Source: a virus (lineage: Duplodnaviria; Caudoviricetes). From it: a DNA stretch of 43,558 nucleotides. The notes below the pieces were generated by a model that searched no databases, had not been told where the DNA came from, and worked only from the letters and a program-made list of their open reading frames with translations. The stretch covers positions 1 through 43,558 of the IMG/VR virus record IMGVR_UViG_3300015190_000004; one strand, given 5' to 3'. Position 1 is the stretch's first letter, and each line of letters opens with the position of its first letter. Both the position numbers and the translations under genes were made by a program. Positions 33,155 through 40,379 of the stretch are shown here, in pieces.

Positions 33155-33904
33155 ATGGACCTGTGGCATCCCCGAGCGCAGATCGTCACGCCGGCCGACG
33201 GCCACACCGGGCTCTCCCTCGACGGCGTGCCGTGGAAGGTGGTCCTCCACACGACCGAGACCGATGCCTACAGCCCGAATCGGGCGAGCTACTACGGCAA
33301 CCCGTACTGGCCGCACGCCACCATCACGCAGGGCACCATCTTCCAGCACCTCCCGATCGACGCCGGCGGCTACGCCCTCTACAGCGACGGCTCGGTGAGC
33401 ACGAACCACGCCAACGCCGTCCAGTGCGAGATCGTGTGGCGGGCAGCGAACGGCGACTGGCCCGACGACCTGCTGACGACGGTGGCCGATTGGGTGAGCT
33501 GGGTGCAGTCGCAGACCGGCGTGCCCACAGTGTTCGCCGAGATGTTCCGGGAGGGCGCCGTCGTCGCCTCGGTGGACTCGCCCATCCGCTTCGGCGCGCA
33601 GGAGTGGCTCGACGCCAACTTGATCTGCGGCCACAGCAACGTCCCCGGCGGCAACGACCACTGGGATCCCGGCCGCCTTCCCGTCGACCGTCTCCGTGCC
33701 CTGCTCACCCCAACCCCACAGGAGGACGACTTGACCCCCGAACAGTCCCAGCAGCTCGCCGACGTGGCCGCATACATCAACGTCGAGGCCCAGGCCGGAC
33801 GAGACGCCAACATGACCAACGACGGGCGTTTCGCCACCATCAACGGCACCATCGACGCCATCAAGGCCGACGTGGAGGCCATCAAGGCCAAGCTCGGCGC
33901 GTGA
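33155..33904 (+). CDS. Endolysin, N-acetylmuramoyl-L-alanine amidase type
   Basis: VVLHTTE, PHA, QCEI, CGHSNVP..NDHWDPG Zn-amidase motifs; RBS AGGAG. Confidence 0.85.
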   Translation: MDLWHPRAQIVTPADGHTGLSLDGVPWKVVLHTTETDAYSPNRASYYGNPYWPHATITQGTIFQHLPIDAGGYALYSDGSVSTNHANAVQCEIVWRAANGDWPDDLLTTVADWVSWVQSQTGVPTVFAEMFREGAVVASVDSPIRFGAQEWLDANLICGHSNVPGGNDHWDPGRLPVDRLRALLTPTPQEDDLTPEQSQQLADVAAYINVEAQAGRDANMTNDGRFATINGTIDAIKADVEAIKAKLGA

Positions 33905-34581
33905 CCGAACGGACGGAAGTGATTCCAGAGGCGCCGGGCAACCCCTACAGGTTGGGCCGAAATGTGCGGCACGACGAGGCCAGCAAGGCGTACCCGGCGG
34001 CGATGGCGGCGACCTACAGCGCCGTGTGGTGGCCGCACTTCGGCCCGGTGCTGGACCAGGGCAACGTCGGGAGTTGCACCGGCAACGCCTTGGTCGATTG
34101 CCTGATGACCGGGCCGTTGCACAAGGTCGGGCGCAACCTCACCGAAGCCGACGCCCTGCGAGCCTACGAGCGGGCCACGCAGATCGACCCCTTCCCCGGC
34201 ACCTACCCGCCCACCGACACCGGCAGCGACGGCCTCGACGCCTGCAGGGCCGGCGTGGAGTTCGGGTGGCTCAAGGGCTACACCCACGCCTTCGGCCTCG
34301 ACGCCTGCCTACGGGCGCTGACCCTCGGCCCGGTGATGATTGGCATCCCCTGGTACACGTCGATGTTCAACGTCGGCCCCGGCGGCGTGCTCACCGTGGG
34401 AGGCACGGTCGCCGGCGGCCACGAGGTCGCCCTCACCGCCATCACCGCCTCGGGCATGGTGCGGATCCAGAACAGCTGGTCGAGCAGATGGGGAGTCAGC
34501 GGCACCGCCTTCCTGCGCTTCGCCGACCTGGGGCGCCTCCTGTCCGAGAACGGCGATTGCACAATCCCCGTGAGCGTCTGA
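33901..34581 (+). CDS. Papain-like (C1) cysteine peptidase
   Basis: DQGNVGSCTG, GGHEV, IQNSWSSRWGVSG catalytic motifs; GTGA-coupled to endolysin. Confidence 0.85.
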   Translation: MTERTEVIPEAPGNPYRLGRNVRHDEASKAYPAAMAATYSAVWWPHFGPVLDQGNVGSCTGNALVDCLMTGPLHKVGRNLTEADALRAYERATQIDPFPGTYPPTDTGSDGLDACRAGVEFGWLKGYTHAFGLDACLRALTLGPVMIGIPWYTSMFNVGPGGVLTVGGTVAGGHEVALTAITASGMVRIQNSWSSRWGVSGTAFLRFADLGRLLSENGDCTIPVSV

Positions 34582-34582
34582 G

Positions 34583-35113
34583 ATGACGCCGACGCTGGGC
34601 AGGGCGTGGATGCGGGCCAAAAGCAACGCCGCCATCATGGTCGTGGCGCTGCTGTCGATGGTCGTGGCCGGCGCCAGCTTCGCCAACACTCACCGCCGGC
34701 CTCCGCCCTTCGACCCGCTGCGCCTGCCGCTGCAGACCGTCTCCGACCGCATCGACGGCATCGACGGCCCGGCGGTCCACATCGGCGACGACCTCCACGT
34801 CACGGCCACCAAGTGCAACTACTCCGGGGCCGACCTCGGCATCACCTCGACCGTGGCATGGCAGAGCGTCGAGCCAGGAGGGACCACCATCCCGATCAGC
34901 AACAACTCGACCTTCCTGCCCGGCAGCCCACAGTGCCAGACCAAGGTGTTCTCCAATCCGATGCCGCAACTCGTTCAGGATCGGACCCGCGACCTCATGG
35001 CCCAGGGCGTGACCGTGGTGCGCTGGAGGATCACCGCCGTTGTGACGCCTCTGGGCGGGCCGCAGTCGGTGAAGCGGGCCTGGGTCACCGAGGACGTCCA
35101 GGTTGTCCCGTGA
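34583..35113 (+). CDS. Membrane-anchored/secreted protein
   Basis: N-terminal hydrophobic helix, two Cys in extracellular beta domain. Confidence 0.7.
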   Translation: MTPTLGRAWMRAKSNAAIMVVALLSMVVAGASFANTHRRPPPFDPLRLPLQTVSDRIDGIDGPAVHIGDDLHVTATKCNYSGADLGITSTVAWQSVEPGGTTIPISNNSTFLPGSPQCQTKVFSNPMPQLVQDRTRDLMAQGVTVVRWRITAVVTPLGGPQSVKRAWVTEDVQVVP

Positions 35114-35397
35114 CGCTGGCGCTGGTGACGGCGATGTTCTCCGCCGTCACGTTCCTGGCCGACTCGTCGGGTTCGCTCCCCTCATGGGTGACGGCGGCGC
35201 TGACCCCCACCGCCATCGCCCTGCTGTTCATCAGCGGCCAGGTGGTGCGTGGGAAGGACTACGAAGCGGCGGTGAAGCGGGCAGAGGAGGCCGAGGCCCG
35301 GGAGAGAGAGGCGGCCAAGGTGACCATACCGGCGCTCGAGACGGCGGCCCGTTCCATGGACCAGATGATGTCCTACTTGAAGGGCAAAGGGTCGTAG
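35110..35397 (+). CDS. Membrane protein with coiled-coil tail (holin-like accessory)
   Basis: Two hydrophobic segments then charged helix. Confidence 0.65.
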   Translation: MTLALVTAMFSAVTFLADSSGSLPSWVTAALTPTAIALLFISGQVVRGKDYEAAVKRAEEAEAREREAAKVTIPALETAARSMDQMMSYLKGKGS

Positions 35398-35567
35398 TGA
35401 TCTTCGGTCGACGCCAGCTCCCGCAGATCGACCCGGCCGAAGCCCGACGCATCGAACAGCAACTCCAGCTTGTCCGCACTCTCGCCGCCACCATCATCGC
35501 CAAGGCCGAAGCAGCGCAGGCCCGCATCTACGCACTATCGCAGAGGGAGTCCCGAGCCAATGACTGA
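35397..35567 (+). CDS. Small helical hypothetical protein
   Basis: TAGTG overlap; MIFGRRQLPQID... Confidence 0.55.
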   Translation: MIFGRRQLPQIDPAEARRIEQQLQLVRTLAATIIAKAEAAQARIYALSQRESRAND

Positions 35568-36132
35568 CGCCGACGCTGCTGACGCCAGGAGAGGGGCCGC
35601 CGACGAAGCCCGGGAGGTGGCCGACGCTGCTCGGGTGGAACACGACGAGGCCCGAAACGGTGGCGACGCCGCTGCCATCCTGATGCTCGCAGAGTCCATC
35701 GGCGAGATGGTCGACGTGGTCATCTCCATCGGCGGCGAGATGCGGGCCATGGACGAGCGCCGCACCGTCGAGGTGGCCGAGTTCGCCACAGGGATGCGCC
35801 GCCTGCGCATCCTCACCCGCCTCGGCGCCGCCGGCATCGCCCTGCTGCTCGTGATCGCCGTGTGGAACCATTCCGGCCTCTCCCGCACCCGCTCCAACGC
35901 TGCGCTCCTGGTCGAGTGCGTCACCCCCGGCCCCGACCCGGCGCCCACCACCGGGCACGGCTGCTGGGACCGCCTCCACGACCCGAGCGCCACCAATGGC
36001 GCCGTGGCCCTCATCGCCGACGACATCTACTGCTCCCTGGCTCGAGGGCAAGCGAAGCAGCCACCGCCGAGCGACCCGACCAAGCCCTGCCGCACACAGA
36101 CCGACCCGTCCATCTACCCCGGTACCAAGTAG
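35560..36132 (+). CDS. Single-pass membrane protein with Cys-rich extracellular part
   Basis: RBS GAGGGAG; TM LGAAGIALLLVIAVW; 4 Cys C-terminal. Confidence 0.7.
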   Translation: MTDADAADARRGAADEAREVADAARVEHDEARNGGDAAAILMLAESIGEMVDVVISIGGEMRAMDERRTVEVAEFATGMRRLRILTRLGAAGIALLLVIAVWNHSGLSRTRSNAALLVECVTPGPDPAPTTGHGCWDRLHDPSATNGAVALIADDIYCSLARGQAKQPPPSDPTKPCRTQTDPSIYPGTK

Positions 36133-36141
36133 GAGGCTCCC

Positions 36142-36234
36142 ATGCCCGTTCTCGCCCTCGTCGGCTGGCTCATCGGCCTGCCAGTCCTCGTCGCCCTGGT
36201 CGTCGTCGTCCTCATCGTCAAGGCGATCCTGTGA
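36142..36234 (+). CDS. 30-aa hydrophobic peptide (not in ORF track)
   Basis: AGGAGG RBS; MPVLALVGWLIGLPVLVALVVVVLIVKAIL*; coupled to holin. Confidence 0.65.
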   Translation: MPVLALVGWLIGLPVLVALVVVVLIVKAIL

Positions 36235-36524
36235 ACCTCGGGCGCTACATCAAAGCCCTCATCCCCGCCAGCGGCGGCGTGCTGTCGCTGGTCGAGAACT
36301 GGGCTCTGACCGGCAAGCTCGACGTGCCCCACTTCCGCTACGCCGTCGTGCTGGAGCTGGTGGCCTTCCTCGTCTACCTGTTCCCAAATACGCCGGCGCC
36401 GGTGGTCACCCCGCCCGTCGTCCCCGTCGAGCCGCCGCTCCCGGTGGTCGTGCCCGTTGAGCCGGTAGGCGTGCAGACAGCCATCGTCGGCGGCACCCCT
36501 ACCGCATGGCCCGGTGGAGCGTGA
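36231..36524 (+). CDS. Holin
   Basis: YIKALIP...LVYLFPN actinophage holin pattern, two TM segments, Pro-rich tail. Confidence 0.7.
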   Translation: MNLGRYIKALIPASGGVLSLVENWALTGKLDVPHFRYAVVLELVAFLVYLFPNTPAPVVTPPVVPVEPPLPVVVPVEPVGVQTAIVGGTPTAWPGGA

Positions 36525-37096
36525 TGGGCGACCGCATCCCCGCCGCTGACCACGAGTGCGCCGAGAGGCCGTGCTTCGTGTGCGGCCGGGAGCTATCCGG
36601 CTTCGAGCGCTTCGTCAGCCGACAGTTCCGGCATCTCCGTCAAGACGTGGCGGAGTTGCAAGCAGAAGTCCAGCAGTTGATCGCTGGCAACAACCCGGCG
36701 CACCCCGCGACCGGGATTCGTACGACCATAGGAGGAAAGACCATGGACATCAGCCTGGATGTGGATGTGAAGGGCGAGACGGTCAGCGCCGTCTTCGTCG
36801 ACGACAAGGGCGACACCGGGGCCACGCCGCCGGCCGGCCCGGACGGCACCGCCGCCACCATCGGCTTCGCCAGCTCCGACCCCACGGTCGTCACGGTCGA
36901 CGCCACCGGCAACCTGTCGTTCGTGAAGGCGGGCACGGCCACCCTCACCGCCCAGGCCAACGACGCCACCGGCACGGCCATCGCCGGCTTCCCCACCGGC
37001 ACGGTGAACCTGACCCTCACCCCCGGTGCCGCCGCCGGCCTCCAGGTCAGCGTGCAGGGCGCCCCGCCCGTCCCCGCCCCCACGCCCGGGGCGTAG
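36524..37096 (+). CDS. Ig-like (Big_2-type) domain protein; strong internal start at 36743
   Basis: FASSDPTVVTVDATGNLSFVKAGTATLTAQ; AGGAGG RBS before ATG 36743. Confidence 0.75.
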   Translation: MGDRIPAADHECAERPCFVCGRELSGFERFVSRQFRHLRQDVAELQAEVQQLIAGNNPAHPATGIRTTIGGKTMDISLDVDVKGETVSAVFVDDKGDTGATPPAGPDGTAATIGFASSDPTVVTVDATGNLSFVKAGTATLTAQANDATGTAIAGFPTGTVNLTLTPGAAAGLQVSVQGAPPVPAPTPGA

Positions 37097-37185
37097 GCCA
37101 ACCCCGTCCGGCGGGAAGGCGCTCCGTGAGAGTCGGAGATTGCGAACGTCTTCCCGCCGGGCCTCACCTTCTACGGGAGGTCGCC

Positions 37186-37377
37186 ATGACTCGGCACTAC
37201 CACTGCGATGCCTGCGCCGTGGAGTGGCGCACCACGGACCCGACGTGCTGGTCGTGCGGGGGCATGGGCCGGGCCGGTGGGTGCGATCCCGAGAAGCCGA
37301 AGAAGACCGAGAGCGAGCTGGCCTGTGAGCGGGCCTGGCGCCTCGCCTCCGGGCTGGGCTCCGTGCCGGTGCCGTGA
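37186..37377 (+). CDS. Small Zn-ribbon protein
   Basis: RBS GGGAGG; CDAC...CWSC. Confidence 0.65.
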   Translation: MTRHYHCDACAVEWRTTDPTCWSCGGMGRAGGCDPEKPKKTESELACERAWRLASGLGSVPVP

Positions 37378-37614
37378 CTGGCCATGAGCCGAGGGTGCTG
37401 TTCAACGGGCGGGGGGCGTGGGCCACCTGCTCGTGCGGGTGGACCGGCCCGCTCCGTCACGGCCAAGGCGACGCTGGCTCGGCCTCGTCGGACTGGCGGG
37501 CCCACCTGCGTCGGTGCCTCGACCGCACCGGACAGGCCCGGTGACGATCCTCTGCGCCGTGTGCGCCACGCCCATCGCCCGCCACGGTGACGCCGGCTGG
37601 CGCCATGAGGTCGG

Positions 37615-37827
37615 CTACAACGAGCGTGGCGGCTGCTCGACGCCCTGGCCGGCGTGACCCATTCGGTCCTCGACGGCGTCAGCCCATGCGTCGTGTAGTG
37701 CCGCTGCGTCCAAACGGCCGAGGGCTCGGCATCGGGCAGCAAACGACCGATACTGGGCCAGGTGCCATCCCAGCGAATGCTGGTTGATATCGGCAACGCC
37801 ACCCTCAATCGCCTCTGTTGTCATCAT
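37615..37827 (-). CDS. Hypothetical protein (cassette gene 3)
   Basis: Start lies in repeated RBS module AGAGGATGGAGCGATG. Confidence 0.55.
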   Translation of the reverse strand: MMTTEAIEGGVADINQHSLGWHLAQYRSFAARCRALGRLDAAALHDAWADAVEDRMGHAGQGVEQPPRSL

Positions 37828-37999
37828 CGCTCCATCCTCTCACGACGCCCTGGCCGGCGGCCTGAGCCCGCTCATTCATCGCTGACACCATCGCCGCCAT
37901 GAATGAGCCGGCGACAGCGGCCTGAGCGAGCGCCGCACCTTCCAGCATCGCTCCGATCGCCTTGAACGGCGCTGCAATCTCCTGCTCGATCTCGCTCAT
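37805..37999 (-). CDS. Hypothetical Ala-rich protein (cassette gene 2)
   Basis: Same repeated RBS module. Confidence 0.6.
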   Translation of the reverse strand: MSEIEQEIAAPFKAIGAMLEGAALAQAAVAGSFMAAMVSAMNERAQAAGQGVVRGWSDDDNRGD

Positions 38000-38244
38000 C
38001 GCTCCATCCTCTCACCCGCCCGGCGCCGGCCCCAATATCCGATCGGCAGCCCTGCCGATTGCGCTGCGCAGGAGGTCTATCTCGGCCTGACCGATCGAGC
38101 ACTGCCACAGGCCGCCGGGGAACTCGGCGGTCGGTTCCTCGACCTGCACCATCGGCTCGTCGCAGTTGAAGCAGATGGGAAGCCCGTCCCGCATCCGCAC
38201 CGCCCCGTACCGCTCGCTCATCGCTTCATCCTCTCACCCGCCCG
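37824..38244 (-). repeat. Three dispersed direct repeats spanning stop-RBS-start
   Basis: 37824-37843 (20 bp), 37991-38022 and 38213-38244 (32 bp, 1 mismatch): CGGGCGGGTGAGAGGATG(G/A)AGCGATGAGCGAG on minus strand. Confidence 0.9.
38012..38221 (-). CDS. Small Cys-containing protein (cassette gene 1)
   Basis: CFNC...WQC; start in repeat 3, stop in repeat 2. Confidence 0.65.
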   Translation of the reverse strand: MSERYGAVRMRDGLPICFNCDEPMVQVEEPTAEFPGGLWQCSIGQAEIDLLRSAIGRAADRILGPAPGG

Positions 38245-38278
38245 TCGCCTTCATCGGTGGCGGGCGGTTTCGTCGTTT
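38238..38278 (+). terminator. Intrinsic terminator ending rightward (late) transcription
   Basis: Stem CCGCCCGTCGCC/GGTGGCGGGCGG, 6-nt loop, TTTCGTCGTTT tail. Confidence 0.7.
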
Positions 38279-38326
38279 CAGTAGGTAGGTTCTACCCCTG
38301 ACAGGACACCCCGAGGAGGTCGGCGA

Positions 38327-38527
38327 ATGCGCAAGGCAGGAGACGCTAGGGAGCTGGACGAGTACAACGCTCTCGCCCCGGAGGAGCGCCAGACTTGGCT
38401 GCTACTGCGAATCAGCCGGGATATGCGGGAGGTCCGGCGCATCGTCCACACCTTCTGGCTGATCTGGTGCATCAGCGTGGTGATCGGCGTCGTGGTCTAT
38501 CTGGCGCAGGCCAACTCGGGTACCTAG
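38327..38527 (+). CDS. Small membrane protein (possible lysogeny-expressed/exclusion protein)
   Basis: RBS GAGGAGG; C-terminal TM FWLIWCISVVIGVVVYLA; converges on integrase. Confidence 0.7.
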   Translation: MRKAGDARELDEYNALAPEERQTWLLLRISRDMREVRRIVHTFWLIWCISVVIGVVVYLAQANSGT

Positions 38528-39330
38528 TAGTCGAGGGAGAGCGTAACGGCCATGAGTCTGCGCCGCGTCGCCCTTGTGTAGCCGCTGGTCGTTTCGGGGC
38601 GACTGTGACCGGCGAAGTGCTGGACTGACCTCAAATCACCTGTGTTGTCGTTCTGGCTAGCTAAACACGTGTGGCGTAACCAATGACAGCGAACGTTGCC
38701 CACGCCGGCTTCGTCGGCGACCTCGCGGACCCACGCCCAGATGGTCGCCGGGTTGGTCGGCCCGCCGAAGCGACCGGGGAACACGTAGGCCGACGTGCGG
38801 GGTAGCTCAGTTAGAAGCTCGACCACGGCAGGGTGGACGGGGATCGTCCGGCTGCGCTCGCCCTTGCCCTGGATCGTGACCCAGCCCGACCCATCGAAGG
38901 CATCCCATCGCAGCGTGGCGATCTCCTCCCGGCGCAGGGCCAGGTACAAACCGAGCGCCACGGCCAGTCCTTTGAGGTCGCCCCGGGCCCTCGACGTCTT
39001 GGCCAGGATGCGAGCGTCGTCCTCGTCCAGCGCCTTGCACGTCATCGTCGGCTTCGGTGGCACCCGCACGGCGGCCAGCGGCGGACGATCGCGCCCGATG
39101 ATCTCCCAGTAGTGCTTCAGCGCCGAGCGCAGGCCCTTGCGACTCGACCAGCTCGACGGCTGCGTGAGCAGGTAGTCGGCCAGATCGACGGCGGTGGCGG
39201 CGGCGAGGGTCGTGCCCTGCTGCTCGCACCACGCTTCGGCGGCGAGGATGGAACCGAGATAGATGCGGACCGACTTCGGAGCGAGGCCCCGAGCGGTCAG
39301 TGCTTCAACGAGTACGCCGTGTGAGTGCAT
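38524..39330 (-). CDS. int: Tyrosine recombinase/integrase lacking an N-terminal arm-binding domain
   Basis: LRREE (R), GKG (K), HWLRH, AGHS, SGY (Y); only 268 aa. Confidence 0.92.
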   Translation of the reverse strand: MHSHGVLVEALTARGLAPKSVRIYLGSILAAEAWCEQQGTTLAAATAVDLADYLLTQPSSWSSRKGLRSALKHYWEIIGRDRPPLAAVRVPPKPTMTCKALDEDDARILAKTSRARGDLKGLAVALGLYLALRREEIATLRWDAFDGSGWVTIQGKGERSRTIPVHPAVVELLTELPRTSAYVFPGRFGGPTNPATIWAWVREVADEAGVGNVRCHWLRHTCLASQNDNTGDLRSVQHFAGHSRPETTSGYTRATRRRLMAVTLSLDY

Positions 39331-39354
39331 CGGCGCAGCATGGGTCAGGAGCCG

Positions 39355-39678
39355 CTAGGCCGCCACGAGAACAGCTGAGCTACCCGACCGTAACTCGTCC
39401 AACCTAGCGGACGCCATGAGGTCGGCGACAGCCTCGGGCATCTCCTTGTAGAAGGTCTCAACCCCGACGCCGAAGAGGTCGGCCAAGGCCCATACCTCTT
39501 CCTGCGCCAACGCTCCAGGGACGTTCAGTCGGCGCGACACCTGGCGCTGGCTGAGACCCATCGCCTCACCAAGTTGCTCTTGGCTCAGAGGCACCAGCCG
39601 CATGAAGGTGCGGAGCACCTGCGGGACGTGGGTCACCGCCCACATCTGCGCATCCATAGTCGTTTCGTTGGTGGACAC
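39355..39678 (-). CDS. XRE-type HTH immunity repressor with C-terminal VLVAA tag; leaderless GTG start
   Basis: LSQEQLGEAMGLSQRQVSRRL HTH; divergent from Cro-like gene; upstream of integrase. Confidence 0.82.
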   Translation of the reverse strand: MSTNETTMDAQMWAVTHVPQVLRTFMRLVPLSQEQLGEAMGLSQRQVSRRLNVPGALAQEEVWALADLFGVGVETFYKEMPEAVADLMASARLDELRSGSSAVLVAA

Positions 39679-39684
39679 AGGTCG

Positions 39685-39714
39685 AATGTACGCCCTTATC
39701 CACAGGTCGTGCAA
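39685..39714 (-). promoter_or_regulatory. Leftward SigA-type promoter for repressor/integrase
   Basis: TTGCAC-18 nt-TACATT, 6 nt before GTG 39678. Confidence 0.65.
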
Positions 39715-39733
39715 CGGGTCATGCAATCATTTG

Positions 39734-39766
39734 TTGACGTACTACCGGAAAACGTCTAACTTAGAC
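39734..39766 (+). promoter_or_regulatory. Rightward early SigA-type promoter with overlapping palindromic operator candidate
   Basis: TTGACG (39734)-17 nt-TAACTT (39757), 7 nt before GTG 39770; palindrome GTCTAA-C-TTAGAC 39754-39766. Confidence 0.75.
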
Positions 39767-39769
39767 CTT

Positions 39770-39970
39770 GTGACGCAGATGAGTGCACAGTTCCGGTTGG
39801 CGGACCTCACGATCGAGGGCGGCATGACGGCGACGATGGAACGGCTCTACGCCGAGACCGGGTCGTGGGAGGAAGTCGCTCGCCGGCTCCTCGTCGAGCA
39901 CGGTTTCCGCACGTCCGGCCAGACGCTCCGGCGCTGGGCCGAGCAGCTCGGGATCGGTGCAGCGGCATGA
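39770..39970 (+). CDS. Cro-like HTH protein (leaderless)
   Basis: SWEEVARRL...TSGQTLRRW; first gene of early operon. Confidence 0.72.
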   Translation: MTQMSAQFRLADLTIEGGMTATMERLYAETGSWEEVARRLLVEHGFRTSGQTLRRWAEQLGIGAAA

Positions 39971-40188
39971 GCGACCTCGCCGTCTTCGCTGACCCGTCGT
40001 CGCTGGAACTGGCCGACGACCCGGCCGCCCGGATGGTGGAAGCCGGCGGCATGACCGCCTGTCGATTCTCCACCATCCCCGGCCACGTCCATGAGCGCCG
40101 GGACGGGCGTCCCACCGACGCCGAGGGGTGCCACAGCGAGCACTCCCAGCAGATCGCCGACGAGGCGCAGTGGGAGGCGGGGCGATGA
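39967..40188 (+). CDS. Hypothetical protein
   Basis: ATGA-coupled both sides. Confidence 0.6.
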   Translation: MSDLAVFADPSSLELADDPAARMVEAGGMTACRFSTIPGHVHERRDGRPTDAEGCHSEHSQQIADEAQWEAGR

Positions 40189-40379
40189 TCTTCGGCCGGC
40201 GCAAGACGCACGAGGACCACCTCGCCACGGTGGACTACTGGAAGCACCGGGCCAAGAAGGCGGAGAGCGCCAACGTGCGCCTCCGCAACCTCAACGGCAT
40301 CTACCTCACCGAGCGCAACGAGGCCACCGCCCGCTACCGGGCCCTCGTCGCCGACCGAGTCAACGGGAGGGCTTCGTGA
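40185..40379 (+). CDS. Hypothetical helical protein
   Basis: RBS GGAGG; ends ADRVNGRAS. Confidence 0.65.
   Translation: MIFGRRKTHEDHLATVDYWKHRAKKAESANVRLRNLNGIYLTERNEATARYRALVADRVNGRAS

Noticed and set aside
37378-37657. Plus-strand ORFs 37384-37590 and 37418-37657
   Set aside because: Weak RBS, overlap with the minus-strand cassette gene and no clear codon signal; a short CxxC ORF from 37541 remains possible
38800-39385. GGGTAGCTCAG present in inverted orientation at 38800-38810 and 39375-39385, as tRNA genes or an invertible switch
   Set aside because: No cloverleaf follows either copy; an 11-bp match is weak and inversion would destroy the integrase; kept only as context for the attP candidate
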